Virus genome (UHGV): UHGV-0154679
Length of the DNA: 40,171 bases
Strand: one strand, 5' to 3'
DNA from: a virus
Shown here: piece by piece, positions 8,638 through 17,778 of the stretch
Layout of the letters: every line of letters starts with the position of its first letter
How positions within the stretch are numbered: the stretch's first letter is position 1
Notes under the pieces: model-generated
Told to the model about the DNA's origin: nothing
Seen by the model: the letters and a program-made list of their open reading frames with translations, nothing else
Database searches by the model: none
Made by a program: the position numbers and the translations under genes

Positions 8638-9831
8638 GTGACCTGGGACGATCACAAGAAGAATTTTGCTCGCCTGGCGCGAGATGGTGGTTACACCATC
8701 GCACAATATGCCGCCGAGTTTAATCTCAACCCAAACACCGCACGTCGTTATCTCCGTGCATTCAAAGAAGACACCAGAACAGCGGACAGCCGTAAGCCAA
8801 ATAAGCCTGTCAGGAAACCACTAAAAAGCATGATCATTGATCACGCTAATGATCAACGTGCAGGTGATCACATTGTGGCTGAAATGGCTGAAAAACAAAG
8901 AGTTAATGCTGTTGTCAGTGCCGCAGTCGAGAACGCTAAGCGCCAAAATAAGCGCATAAATGATCGTTCTGATGATCATGACGTGATCACCCGCGCCCAC
9001 CGTACCTTACGTGATCGCCTGGAACGCGACACCCTGGATGATGATGGTGAACGCTTTGAATTCGAAGCTGGCGATTACCTGATAGATAACGTTGAAGCGC
9101 GGAAGGCCGCGCGCGCTATGTTGCGTCGGTCCGGGGCCGATGTTCTGGAAACCACTCTTCTGGAAAAGTCTCTTTCTCATCTCCTTATGCTGGAGAACGC
9201 CAGGGATACGTGTATTCGCCTGGTGCAGGAAATGCGCGATCAGCAAAAAGACGATGATGAAGGTACTCCGCCTGAATACCGTATCGCGAGCATGCTAAAC
9301 AGCTGTTCCGCGCAGATAAGCAGCCTGATCAACACCATTTACAGCATCCGGAATAACTATCGAAAAGAAAGCCGGGAGGCGGAAAAGCACGCTTTGTCTA
9401 TGGGGCAAGCTGGCATTGTTAAGCTGGCATACGAACGAAAGCGTGAAAATAACTGGTCAGTGCTGGAAGCAGCTGAATTCATTGAGGCGCATGGCGGGAA
9501 AGTGCCGCCCCTGATGCTGGAGCAAATCAAAGCCGATCTGCGTGCTCCTAAGACCAATACCGATGATGAGGAAAGGCAAACAGCCGTCGGTGGCCCTTCT
9601 CTTGAAGATCTGGACAAAGTTGCGCGAGAACGGGCCGCCAACCGCCGCGCCGATGCCGCATTGTGGATTGAGCAGCGTAGGGAAGAAATCGCCGATATCG
9701 TTGATACAGGCGGTTATGGAGATGTTGATACTGAAGGTGTATCAAACGACCCATGGCTGGAACAAGACCTGGACGAAGACGAGGAGGAAGACGAAGAAGT
9801 TACCCGCAAGCTATACGGGGATGATGATTAA
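8638..9831 (+). CDS. pacA: PacA, terminase small (pac-recognition) subunit (397 aa)
   Basis: GTG start with AAAGGAAG SD; 397 aa; contains the hexamer pac site in its 5' part; acidic C-terminus; TAATG coupling to pacB. Confidence 0.92.
   Translation: MTWDDHKKNFARLARDGGYTIAQYAAEFNLNPNTARRYLRAFKEDTRTADSRKPNKPVRKPLKSMIIDHANDQRAGDHIVAEMAEKQRVNAVVSAAVENAKRQNKRINDRSDDHDVITRAHRTLRDRLERDTLDDDGERFEFEAGDYLIDNVEARKAARAMLRRSGADVLETTLLEKSLSHLLMLENARDTCIRLVQEMRDQQKDDDEGTPPEYRIASMLNSCSAQISSLINTIYSIRNNYRKESREAEKHALSMGQAGIVKLAYERKRENNWSVLEAAEFIEAHGGKVPPLMLEQIKADLRAPKTNTDDEERQTAVGGPSLEDLDKVARERAANRRADAALWIEQRREEIADIVDTGGYGDVDTEGVSNDPWLEQDLDEDEEEDEEVTRKLYGDDD
8831..8989 (+). promoter_or_regulatory. pac packaging site: 4 + 3 TGATCA/G hexamers with Dam GATC sites
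   Basis: Hexamers at 8831, 8838, 8850, 8865 (left cluster) and 8961 (TGATCG), 8973, 8984 (right cluster). Confidence 0.85.
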
Positions 9832-11315
9832 TGGCCAGAAGTTGCGTAACGGACCCACGTTGGCGCGAGCTGGTGGCGCTATATCGTTATGACTGGATTG
9901 CGGCCGCTGATGTTTTGTTCGGCAAAACACCTACCTGGCAGCAGGATCTGATTATTGAGTCTGTGCAGGAACAGGGTAGCAAGACATCTGTTTCGTCTGG
10001 TCACGGTACCGGGAAATCAGACATGACTTCTATCATGATCATGTTGTTCATAATCATGTATCCCGGTGCCCGCGCCATTATCGTTGCGAACAAAATTCAG
10101 CAGGTAATGACCGGTATATTCAAGTACATCAAGATAAACTGGGCTACGGCCACCAGCCGTTTTCCATGGCTTGCTGATTATTTTGTTCTGACAGAAACCG
10201 CTTTCTATGAGGTTACTGGTAAAGGTGTATGGACTGTAGTACCGAAGGGCTTTCGTCTGGGAAGTGAAGAAGCTCTCGCCGGTGAACACGCAGATCATCT
10301 TCTGTATATTATCGATGAAGCCTCCGGTGTCAGTGATAGAGCTTTCGGTATCATCACCGGTGCTCTTACCGGACAGGATAACCGCATCTTATTACTGTCA
10401 CAGCCTACACGCCCAAGCGGCTATTTCTACGATACACACCATAAACTGGCCAAGCGTCCTGGTAACCCTGATGGCGTTTATACGGCGATCACGCTTAACA
10501 GTGAGGAATCACCGCTGGTAACGCCAGCATTTATCAAAATGAAGCTGGCGGAGTACGGCGGGCGTGATAACCCTATGTACATGATTAAGGTACGCGGCCT
10601 ATTCCCTAAATCACAGGATGGCTTCCTTCTTGGACGTGATGAGGTTGAACGTGCAACGCGGCGGAAAGTCAAGATTGCAAAAGGATGGGGCTGGCTTGCA
10701 TGTGTGGACGTTGCTGGTGGTACGGGACGGGATAAGTCCGTTATCAATATCATGATGGTGTCCGGCCAGCGAAATAAACGCCGTGTAATCAACTATCGAA
10801 TGCTGGAATACACAGACGTTACAGAAACGCAGCTTGCCGCCAAAATTTTCGCAGAATGTAATCCTGAGCGATTCCCAAATATCACCATAGCGATAGACGG
10901 CGATGGCCTGGGTAAAGCAACGGCGGATCTGATGTACGAGTATTATGGTATTACCGTACAGCGTATACGCTGGGGTAAAAAGATGCATAGCCGTGAAGAT
11001 AAGAGCCTGTACTTTGATAAACGTGCTTATGCCAACGTTCAAGCCGCAGAGGCCGTAAAATCTGGTCGTATGAGACTGGATAAGGGTAATGAAACTATTG
11101 AGGAAGCGTCGAAAATCCCTGTAGGGATTAACTCCGCAGGTCAATGGAAGGTGATGAGTAAGGAGGATATGAAGAAAAAACTCAACCTGCACTCACCAGA
11201 CCATTGGGATACATATTGTTTCGCTATGCTGGCGGATTATGTTCCCCAGGATGAAGTGCTTAGCATCGAAGACGAAGCGCAGGTTGATGAAGCTCTGGCA
11301 TGGCTTAATGAATAA
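9831..11315 (+). CDS. pacB: PacB, terminase large subunit (494 aa)
   Basis: Walker A GHGTGKS and Walker [11 protein letters not shown]; 494 aa; coupled to pacA. Confidence 0.93.
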   Translation: MARSCVTDPRWRELVALYRYDWIAAADVLFGKTPTWQQDLIIESVQEQGSKTSVSSGHGTGKSDMTSIMIMLFIIMYPGARAIIVANKIQQVMTGIFKYIKINWATATSRFPWLADYFVLTETAFYEVTGKGVWTVVPKGFRLGSEEALAGEHADHLLYIIDEASGVSDRAFGIITGALTGQDNRILLLSQPTRPSGYFYDTHHKLAKRPGNPDGVYTAITLNSEESPLVTPAFIKMKLAEYGGRDNPMYMIKVRGLFPKSQDGFLLGRDEVERATRRKVKIAKGWGWLACVDVAGGTGRDKSVINIMMVSGQRNKRRVINYRMLEYTDVTETQLAAKIFAECNPERFPNITIAIDGDGLGKATADLMYEYYGITVQRIRWGKKMHSREDKSLYFDKRAYANVQAAEAVKSGRMRLDKGNETIEEASKIPVGINSAGQWKVMSKEDMKKKLNLHSPDHWDTYCFAMLADYVPQDEVLSIEDEAQVDEALAWLNE

Positions 11316-11339
11316 CTCATTGACCATGCCGGATAGAAA

Positions 11340-12191
11340 CTATTGCGCGCTTTCGGGGTTGTCGTTTACTGGCTGCCCCTTCTTGGTTTTACGGCTGCGC
11401 GTAACTGATGCGGCTGACTTAACCTTTTTCTCTTCGCGAGTGATGGCAATTTGTTTTTTTACATTTTCAATATCTGCCAGGCGATATATTTTTGCCTGCG
11501 GCCAGCGGTCGCAGATGATCGGTTCTATGGAGTCATAAAGGCTAAATTTTGCTTTCTCGAATTCACCGTTGATGATGATTCCATCACGGAGAGTTTCATC
11601 GCAGATAAACACACCACACAGCGGCACATGGTAACTAACTGATTTACCATCATTGTAGTTAGGGCTACTGGAAATGTAGTGGACGCGCAGCATTGTTTCG
11701 CTAAAGCCGTGTACACGCATACGGAATTTTTCATCCTCCGGGTACTGCTTCATTAGCTCTTTTGTTGCTTCCAGGTTCTCTATGTATTTCGCACTGTGCT
11801 CATTGATCCCCGCGCTTTTCTGGATGCGAATGTCCTTATCAATCAGATGAATAATGCGGCCAGCGGTCATGTTGACGCTGTTCACAGCTTCTGTCTGATA
11901 AGTCGTAACCTTACGCACACCGCGAAGGATGTTAGGCACAGGATATAAAATAGTCTTTGGGATATTGAGGTCTGGGTACTGTTCCAGTTCCCGCGCCATT
12001 AAAGTCCATTTATCAATTTCAGCCTGAATGCTGTCCGTTTCTTTGAACGGTAGAACGACAACCGGGCGTACAGGACGACCGTCGCTGGCGGCATCAACGT
12101 GTTGGGCGCGTGCAACAGCTTTTTTTAGAAAGAGATCCCTGAAGCTGACGAACTCCTGGTACAGTTGTTCGCCGTAGACATAATTTATCAT
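11340..12191 (-). CDS. c1: C1 repressor of lysogeny (283 aa)
   Basis: 283-aa protein beginning MINYVYGEQLYQEFVSF, recognised as P1 C1; lies immediately before lox with coi upstream. Confidence 0.93.
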   Translation of the reverse strand: MINYVYGEQLYQEFVSFRDLFLKKAVARAQHVDAASDGRPVRPVVVLPFKETDSIQAEIDKWTLMARELEQYPDLNIPKTILYPVPNILRGVRKVTTYQTEAVNSVNMTAGRIIHLIDKDIRIQKSAGINEHSAKYIENLEATKELMKQYPEDEKFRMRVHGFSETMLRVHYISSSPNYNDGKSVSYHVPLCGVFICDETLRDGIIINGEFEKAKFSLYDSIEPIICDRWPQAKIYRLADIENVKKQIAITREEKKVKSAASVTRSRKTKKGQPVNDNPESAQ

Positions 12192-12214
12192 TGATCCTCC
12201 TCCAGAATTGACAT

Positions 12215-12255
12215 GGCCAACAACTCACAGCGGATTACACTGGGAGTTGTTGGCC
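12215..12255. repeat. Perfect 12-bp inverted repeat GGCCAACAACTC / GAGTTGTTGGCC with 17-nt spacer between coi and c1
   Basis: Arms at 12215-12226 and 12244-12255 are exact reverse complements. Confidence 0.7.
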
Positions 12256-12301
12256 ACCATTATAGAAGGATCCAACGAAAATAATAGATTTATTAGTGCA
12301 T

Positions 12302-12511
12302 TTATTGTGAGTCTGGCTGGTTAGTGGCCATGAGATATTCGATTGTGTCAGTGAGATCATCCAGGTCGTCTTGGGTGATGCGGTACTCCTGATTGGATAT
12401 CTTTGAGTAGTGTTCAGCAATGGCGCGGGCAGCGTCGGTTTCGGCAGGGTCTACAGATAAAGCGTTAGAGCAATGTCTAACGTCGTCGATGGTTGGTGGA
12501 ATGAAAGCCAT
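12302..12511 (-). CDS. coi: Coi, C1 inactivator (69 aa)
   Basis: 69-aa acidic protein immediately upstream of c1 on the same strand; SD GAGG. Confidence 0.85.
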   Translation of the reverse strand: MAFIPPTIDDVRHCSNALSVDPAETDAARAIAEHYSKISNQEYRITQDDLDDLTDTIEYLMATNQPDSQ

Positions 12512-12749
12512 AATTATGCCTCACTGTATTGACAACACAGAGCCTGAAGCTCTGACCTACTGTTTCACCCATGATCCATGCTGGGGTAATCTAACAACAT
12601 TGCGCTGTGTGTAAGATGAGCAATGCATAGCTGTAATGCCGTTGTATAAGGTTTCCCTGTTTGCTCATTTCCTTCTGAGCCGCTCTACAACGCTGAAGAC
12701 ACATTAAATAGTGAATCCAAAGTCGTATTACGAAACGGCGGCAAAACTA

Positions 12750-12766
12750 TAATTTATTAGAGCAAT
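12750..12766 (-). promoter_or_regulatory. C1 operator-like 17-mer (minus orientation; ATTGCTCTAATAAATTA)
   Basis: 16/17 match to the recalled consensus; in the immC control region upstream of coi/c1. Confidence 0.65.
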
Positions 12767-12832
12767 TGTCAAACAACTATGAAAAACAATCCAGTTTTTG
12801 GCTGGTGGAGTGGGATTTTTCTCTCAAAATTT

Positions 12833-12849
12833 ATTGCTCTAATAATTCT
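12833..12849 (+). promoter_or_regulatory. C1 operator-like 17-mer ATTGCTCTAATAATTCT
   Basis: Divergently oriented relative to the 12750-12766 copy, 67 bp apart. Confidence 0.6.
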
Positions 12850-12892
12850 TGATTTTTATGCGCAGCTGGACGTAAACTCCTCTTCGGACCTA

Positions 12893-12926
12893 ATAACTTC
12901 GTATAGCATACATTATACGAAGTTAT
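12893..12926 (+). other. loxP: loxP site-specific recombination site
   Basis: Exact 34-mer ATAACTTCGTATA-GCATACAT-TATACGAAGTTAT. Confidence 0.98.
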
Positions 12927-12998
12927 CTTAAGGGTTATTGAACATGATCAATTTACCTGTAAATCCATACAGTTCAATACCTTATCAGGTCAAATAGT

Positions 12999-13018
12999 GA
13001 TCACTTGATCATTTGATC
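12999..13018. promoter_or_regulatory. Cluster of three Dam GATC sites (TGATCA x3) in the lox-cre intergenic region
   Basis: GATC at 12999, 13007 and 13015; an imperfect long palindrome follows at about 13025-13082. Confidence 0.5.
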
Positions 13019-13115
13019 AAGGTTGCGCTACGTAAAATCTGCGAAATGTTGGCAGTGTTAGTGCTCCAGATTTCGCGTAGCGCACTTAGCACCACCAATC
13101 AATCAGAGGTGAAAA

Positions 13116-13337
13116 ATGGGATATTCAGCTGCTAAAGTGTCCACTCATATTGAGCTTGAGAAAAACCGTGGTTACTGGCGGGCAAAAGGGTTTGATCGTG
13201 ATAGTTGTCAACTGTCATTATCGCGCGGTGAAGAGAAAATAGAACGCACGCGCGGTCGCTGGCGTTTCTATGACGAGAACCATAAACAGGTAAAGGCAGA
13301 GCCGATCCTGTACACTTTACTTAAAACCATTATCTGA
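13116..13337 (+). CDS. Possible small ORF between loxP and cre (73 aa)
   Basis: ATG 13116 preceded by GAGGTG SD; ends 8 nt before the cre ATG. May instead be non-coding cre promoter region. Confidence 0.3.
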   Translation: MGYSAAKVSTHIELEKNRGYWRAKGFDRDSCQLSLSRGEEKIERTRGRWRFYDENHKQVKAEPILYTLLKTII

Positions 13338-13344
13338 GTGTTAA

Positions 13345-14376
13345 ATGTCCAATTTACTGACCGTACACCAAAATTTGCCTGCATTACCGGTCGATGCAAC
13401 GAGTGATGAGGTTCGCAAGAACCTGATGGACATGTTCAGGGATCGCCAGGCGTTTTCTGAGCATACCTGGAAAATGCTTCTGTCCGTTTGCCGATCGTGG
13501 GCGGCATGGTGCAAGTTGAATAACCGGAAATGGTTTCCCGCAGAACCTGAAGATGTTCGCGATTATCTTCTATATCTTCAGGCGCGCGGTCTGGCAGTAA
13601 AAACTATCCAGCAACATTTGGGCCAGCTAAACATGCTTCATCGTCGGTCCGGGCTGCCACGACCAAGTGACAGTAATGCTGTTTCACTGGTCATGCGACG
13701 GATCCGAAAAGAAAACGTTGATGCCGGTGAACGTGCAAAACAGGCACTGGCGTTCGAACGCACTGATTTCGACCAGGTTCGTTCACTCATGGAAAATAGC
13801 GATCGCTGCCAGGATATACGTAATCTGGCATTTCTGGGGATTGCTTATAACACCCTATTACGTATAGCCGAAATTGCCAGGATCAGGGTTAAAGATATCT
13901 CACGTACAGACGGTGGGAGAATGCTAATCCATATTGGCAGAACGAAAACGCTGGTTAGCACCGCAGGTGTAGAGAAGGCACTTAGCCTGGGGGTAACTAA
14001 ACTGGTCGAGCGATGGATTTCTGTCTCTGGTGTGGCTGATGATCCGAATAACTACTTGTTTTGCCGTGTCAGAAAAAATGGTGTTGCCGCGCCATCTGCC
14101 ACCAGCCAGCTATCAACTCGCGCCCTGGAAGGGATTTTTGAAGCAACTCATCGATTGATTTACGGCGCTAAGGATGACTCTGGTCAGAGATACCTGGCCT
14201 GGTCTGGACACAGTGCCCGTGTCGGAGCCGCGCGAGATATGGCCCGCGCCGGAGTTTCAATACCGGAGATCATGCAAGCTGGTGGCTGGACCAACGTAAA
14301 TATTGTCATGAACTATATCCGTAACCTGGATAGTGAAACGGGGGCAATGGTGCGCCTGCTGGAAGATGGCGATTAG
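13345..14376 (+). CDS. cre: Cre tyrosine recombinase (343 aa)
   Basis: Translation MSNLLTVHQNLPALPVDATSDEVRKNLMDMFRDRQAFSEHTW...MVRLLEDGD is recognised as Cre along its length; adjacent to loxP. Confidence 0.98.
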   Translation: MSNLLTVHQNLPALPVDATSDEVRKNLMDMFRDRQAFSEHTWKMLLSVCRSWAAWCKLNNRKWFPAEPEDVRDYLLYLQARGLAVKTIQQHLGQLNMLHRRSGLPRPSDSNAVSLVMRRIRKENVDAGERAKQALAFERTDFDQVRSLMENSDRCQDIRNLAFLGIAYNTLLRIAEIARIRVKDISRTDGGRMLIHIGRTKTLVSTAGVEKALSLGVTKLVERWISVSGVADDPNNYLFCRVRKNGVAAPSATSQLSTRALEGIFEATHRLIYGAKDDSGQRYLAWSGHSARVGAARDMARAGVSIPEIMQAGGWTNVNIVMNYIRNLDSETGAMVRLLEDGD

Positions 14377-14393
14377 CCGTTCATTTGCGCTTG

Positions 14394-14410
14394 ATTGCTC
14401 TAATTATTTG
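14394..14410 (+). promoter_or_regulatory. C1 operator-like 17-mer ATTGCTCTAATTATTTG downstream of cre
   Basis: Operator consensus match between cre and the next ORF. Confidence 0.55.
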
Positions 14411-14426
14411 ATATTTATGGTGACGC

Positions 14427-14738
14427 ATGCGGAAGGATTTCAAAATAGACGGAAAATATGTGGTGCTGTCTGTAAGCTCTCAAATTCAGTCACCATCTGT
14501 CATTGTCACCGTAAAGTTGAGCGATAGGATGCCTGATATCGACTCGATATCTGTTGCGTTCCCCGTTAAAAGCATGCGGAGTGCTGAACATTTTGTGATG
14601 AATGCAACGGAGGAGGAAGCGCGGCGCGGGCTTACTAGAGTGATGGTGGAATTTGGCGAACTCCTGGGTAAGGTAAACAATGCCCTTTCAATCAGTTCAG
14701 CAAGATCCAAAGCGTTAACAGCTTCCATGATGAAATAA
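14427..14738 (+). CDS. Hypothetical protein at the cra (cre-associated) position (103 aa)
   Basis: ORF with GGTGA SD; name by synteny only. Confidence 0.45.
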   Translation: MRKDFKIDGKYVVLSVSSQIQSPSVIVTVKLSDRMPDIDSISVAFPVKSMRSAEHFVMNATEEEARRGLTRVMVEFGELLGKVNNALSISSARSKALTASMMK

Positions 14739-14743
14739 AAAAA

Positions 14744-14762
14744 GCCTGGCAAGGAGCCAGGC
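14744..14762 (-). terminator. Hairpin GCCTGGC-AAGGA-GCCAGGC with a T-run on the minus strand
   Basis: 7-bp stem flanked by A7 on the plus strand, i.e. a U-tract for leftward transcripts. Confidence 0.4.
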
Positions 14763-14869
14763 TGCACAAAAGAGCGGGTTTGTATTCCGCATCCAATCAA
14801 TCAAGAAGGAGTATAGCACACAGGTACTGAAGTGAAAAAATGTGATTCGCGATTAACAAAATATCTACC

Positions 14870-14899
14870 ATTGCTCTAATTGATTGCTATAATTAAGCC
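14870..14899 (+). promoter_or_regulatory. Two overlapping C1 operator-like sites with embedded TATAAT (ref promoter)
   Basis: ATTGCTCTAATTGATTG (14870-14886) and ATTGCTATAATTAAGCC (14883-14899); TATAAT at 14888-14893. Confidence 0.6.
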
Positions 14900-14953
14900 G
14901 CAGTTTTTGTCAACTACGAAGACGTTGCCATTACTTAACTCCTTGACATCATT

Positions 14954-14979
14954 GGCGGCCATTAGGCCGCCTTTTTTTT
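14954..14979 (+). terminator. Intrinsic terminator-like hairpin plus T8 in the ref leader
   Basis: GGCGGCC-ATTA-GGCCGCC followed by TTTTTTTT, ending 5 nt before the ref ATG. Confidence 0.6.
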
Positions 14980-14984
14980 GCCAT

Positions 14985-15545
14985 ATGAAAACAATCGAAC
15001 AAAAACTTGAACAGCGCCGCGAGTGGCAGAAGGCAGCCAGAGAACGAGCGATCGCTCGGCAACGGGAAAAGTTGGCTGACCCCGCCTGGCGAGAATCGCA
15101 ATATCAGAAAATGCGGGATTCTATCGACCGCCGTATCGCTAAACAGAAAGAGCGCCCACCAGCCAGCAAAACGCGGAAAAGTGCGGTAAAGATAAAATCT
15201 CGTGGCTTGAAGGGGCGAACATCGACAGCGGAGGAACGGAGCATCGCCAATGCTCTTGGCGCTCTCCCCTGCATTGCCTGCTACATGCATGGAGTAATAT
15301 CTGAAGAGGTATCTCTGCACCATATCTCCGGTCGTACCGCGCCGGGTTGTCACAAAAAGCAATTGCCCCTTTGTAGATGGCACCACCAGCATGCAGCACC
15401 GGCTGAAGTAAGAGAAAAATACCCCTGGCTGGTCCCTGTTCATGCCGATGGTGTGGTTGGAGGCAAGAAAGAATTCACCTTGCTGAACAAGTCAGAGATG
15501 GAGTTGCTGGCTGACGCCTATGAGATGGCAAACATCATGCACTAA
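14985..15545 (+). CDS. ref: Ref, recombination enhancement function (HNH-type endonuclease, 186 aa)
   Basis: 186 aa from ATG 14985 (MKTIEQKLEQRREW...); basic N-terminus and C-terminal Cys/His HNH-like motifs. Track ORF starts at a TTG inside the operator and was trimmed. Confidence 0.8.
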   Translation: MKTIEQKLEQRREWQKAARERAIARQREKLADPAWRESQYQKMRDSIDRRIAKQKERPPASKTRKSAVKIKSRGLKGRTSTAEERSIANALGALPCIACYMHGVISEEVSLHHISGRTAPGCHKKQLPLCRWHHQHAAPAEVREKYPWLVPVHADGVVGGKKEFTLLNKSEMELLADAYEMANIMH

Positions 15546-15734
15546 TAAATATATTATTTTTAATCTGAAATAATTGACAACTGACAAGTGACTTCAGTCA
15601 GAATCATCACATGCCCGGTACGGATGGATCCCTTTTCAAATATTCCATGGACGGCACAGTCTGAGTACCGGGCGCTACCTTCAGTTGTATTGCTAAGCCG
15701 CCGCTGGTGGCTTTTCTTTTTTGTAGGGGGCGCT

Positions 15735-16376
15735 ATGGATAAGAAAATATGCGTTGTTTCGATGAGCGTCGGCAAACCGGCGTCAATGACTGCTGCATGG
15801 ATCAACAATGAGCTAATAATGGCTGAGCGGACCAGCTACCCTGAACGCCGCCGCGATATGGAACTCCAGCTGCTGCGCGAATTGCGAGAAAAAGAGGAAA
15901 AGGGTTTTATCGTGCTGGTGGAAGAGGAAAACAGCTTTATTACTGGTCGAGTTGGCCAGCGTGTAAGGTTGCGCGATCCCTTCATGAACGGCAGGCCGGT
16001 ACTAATTGAGGCAATGCAGATTTATAAGGAGCTGGAACGCCAGAAAGCAATCAAGTTACCGCGCAAGGAATCCGGCAAATACATCCTCCACCAAAGCATC
16101 TTCGATTCCGAACACGATAAAAAAGGCGATGAATTTTTCAACATCAACTGGAGCGAAATAACGACAGAGCATGTTCTGACGTTACTATGTTGCTTTGCGA
16201 CGGAATACAACAACGTTGCCAGCGCCGACTACATCAGGGCAATGGCTGGAGAAGTTGAGGCACGCCAGGAACCATCGTTACTAAGCCCTCTGATTAACAT
16301 AATTCGCGGGACCCAAACGCTGGCACAAAAACAGGTGCCTAAGGGAGTATTAACAGGAAAAGGAAATTATCTATAA
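15735..16376 (+). CDS. Protein at the mat (particle maturation) position (213 aa)
   Basis: ATG 15735 with GTAGGGGG SD (internal Met of track ORF 15588-16376); name by synteny only. Confidence 0.45.
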   Translation: MDKKICVVSMSVGKPASMTAAWINNELIMAERTSYPERRRDMELQLLRELREKEEKGFIVLVEEENSFITGRVGQRVRLRDPFMNGRPVLIEAMQIYKELERQKAIKLPRKESGKYILHQSIFDSEHDKKGDEFFNINWSEITTEHVLTLLCCFATEYNNVASADYIRAMAGEVEARQEPSLLSPLINIIRGTQTLAQKQVPKGVLTGKGNYL

Positions 16377-16432
16377 ACGTCAATGCATTAGGGTATACTT
16401 CTCCGTAGAACTATAAGTAAATGGAGTAAGTA

Positions 16433-17737
16433 ATGAGCGAGTATATAGAAATTGCCTATGCAGCGGCTACACATAGGCTGTGCTTTCTTACAGGCACTGG
16501 ATTTTCAAAGGCTGTTTCTGATGATAAAGCCCCAAGTTGGCAATCTTTATTGGAGCAACTGTGCGGTTTATTGAAGGATGGTGACTCACTCAAAGAGGAA
16601 TTATTTCCTGATGGAAAAGCAAAAGACCTTAGCCTTGAAGAAGCTGCTCAGGTTATTGCACTAAAACTTATACTTTCGGGGGAAAATATTTACCAAGAGA
16701 TTGAGAAAATCATAGCCTCAATCGAACTTGATCCATCAATTGAATATATTCAAGACTTTTTCAAAGAAAACACATTTAAAGTAATTACGACAAATTATGA
16801 CAAGTTAGCAGAAAAGCTGGCTGGAGAGAATCGAACTTGTACAATCACCCCCGGCCTGCCAATTCCAAAATATAATTGTGAGGTTAAAGTCTACCATGTT
16901 CACGGTTCTATAGACTCCCCATCAGACATGGTTGTTACTAGCGAGGATTATTTCAGATTTATAAATGGTAATTCTTACTTTTCTAATAAACTAAGCACAG
17001 TTCTACATGAAAACACTATTGTTATCCTTGGCTATTCTCTAAGTGACGCGAACCTAAAGGCTATTATAAATGAATATAAGGTATTTTCACGGGACAACGT
17101 AATGTCCTCCAATATTTTCCTTGTTTCCCGAGGGGAACTATTGCAACCTATTAAAGATTACTATTTTTCCTGCTATGGGGTTAGGGTTATAGATAAAACA
17201 GAGGTATCTGATTTCTTTAGAAAACTTAACGATAAAATTCCAGAAGCAAAAAAAATAAAAGACAAATTGAGGCACTCAATCAAATCGGTAATAAAAAACG
17301 GAAGAGAGTATAAAATAGAGTTCTTGAAGCTAGAGGATTCTTTTTATCATATCATTTCCTCCATTTCATCATCTGGATATAGCTGGAATAATGAAAATGT
17401 ATTAAATGTTTTTTGTAATATAATAGATAAAAAAATAGAGCTTACTAAAAAGCCTGGCGCATGGGAGCAGTATGAACACCTGGCAAAATGGCTTATTTAT
17501 TTCGGTAGTTTATTTGAAGTAAAAGGAACCAATTTTGAGAAAAAATACATACATGCGGTTGAACACTCAATGACTTATATGAATAAACCTTACGAAACAG
17601 GCTACTCATGGCGAGCATATCTAGCCTGGAAAACAAAATGGCCTTCACTGACAGCATCTAACCGCTCTCTTATTAAGAATGAGATGGAAGATATCCCGCT
17701 ACAACAGATTCACGATATTGTATCTAAGTTTATATAG
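16433..17737 (+). CDS. SIR2-like (SIR2_2-type) domain protein, 434 aa, candidate NAD+-depleting defence effector
   Basis: Motifs LCFLTGTGFSKAV (Gly-rich loop), VITTNYD (N121) and VYHVHGS (H155/H157) in SIR2-like order and spacing; C-terminal region of about 170 aa is Trp/Tyr-rich and unassigned; gene is visibly AT-rich compared with its flanks (not computed); SD GGAG 9 nt upstream. Confidence 0.7.
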   Translation: MSEYIEIAYAAATHRLCFLTGTGFSKAVSDDKAPSWQSLLEQLCGLLKDGDSLKEELFPDGKAKDLSLEEAAQVIALKLILSGENIYQEIEKIIASIELDPSIEYIQDFFKENTFKVITTNYDKLAEKLAGENRTCTITPGLPIPKYNCEVKVYHVHGSIDSPSDMVVTSEDYFRFINGNSYFSNKLSTVLHENTIVILGYSLSDANLKAIINEYKVFSRDNVMSSNIFLVSRGELLQPIKDYYFSCYGVRVIDKTEVSDFFRKLNDKIPEAKKIKDKLRHSIKSVIKNGREYKIEFLKLEDSFYHIISSISSSGYSWNNENVLNVFCNIIDKKIELTKKPGAWEQYEHLAKWLIYFGSLFEVKGTNFEKKYIHAVEHSMTYMNKPYETGYSWRAYLAWKTKWPSLTASNRSLIKNEMEDIPLQQIHDIVSKFI

Positions 17738-17745
17738 TATATTTA

Positions 17746-17774
17746 TCTCCGGCCTAATCTCCCTAGGCCGGAGA
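17746..17774. terminator. 9-bp stem hairpin TCTCCGGCC...GGCCGGAGA between convergent genes
   Basis: Sits between the SIR2-like gene stop (17737) and the minus-strand ORF stop (17779). Confidence 0.45.
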
Positions 17775-17778
17775 GTTC

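Noticed and set aside
11239-11734. Plus- and minus-strand track ORFs overlapping the 3' end of c1 (11239-11538, 11451-11642, 11525-11734).
   Set aside because: They overlap the well-supported C1 repressor gene out of frame or antisense.
14880-15545. Longer form of ref starting at the TTG at 14880 (221 aa).
   Set aside because: That start lies inside the operator/promoter sequence and upstream of the leader terminator; the 186-aa form from ATG 14985 fits the known size of Ref.
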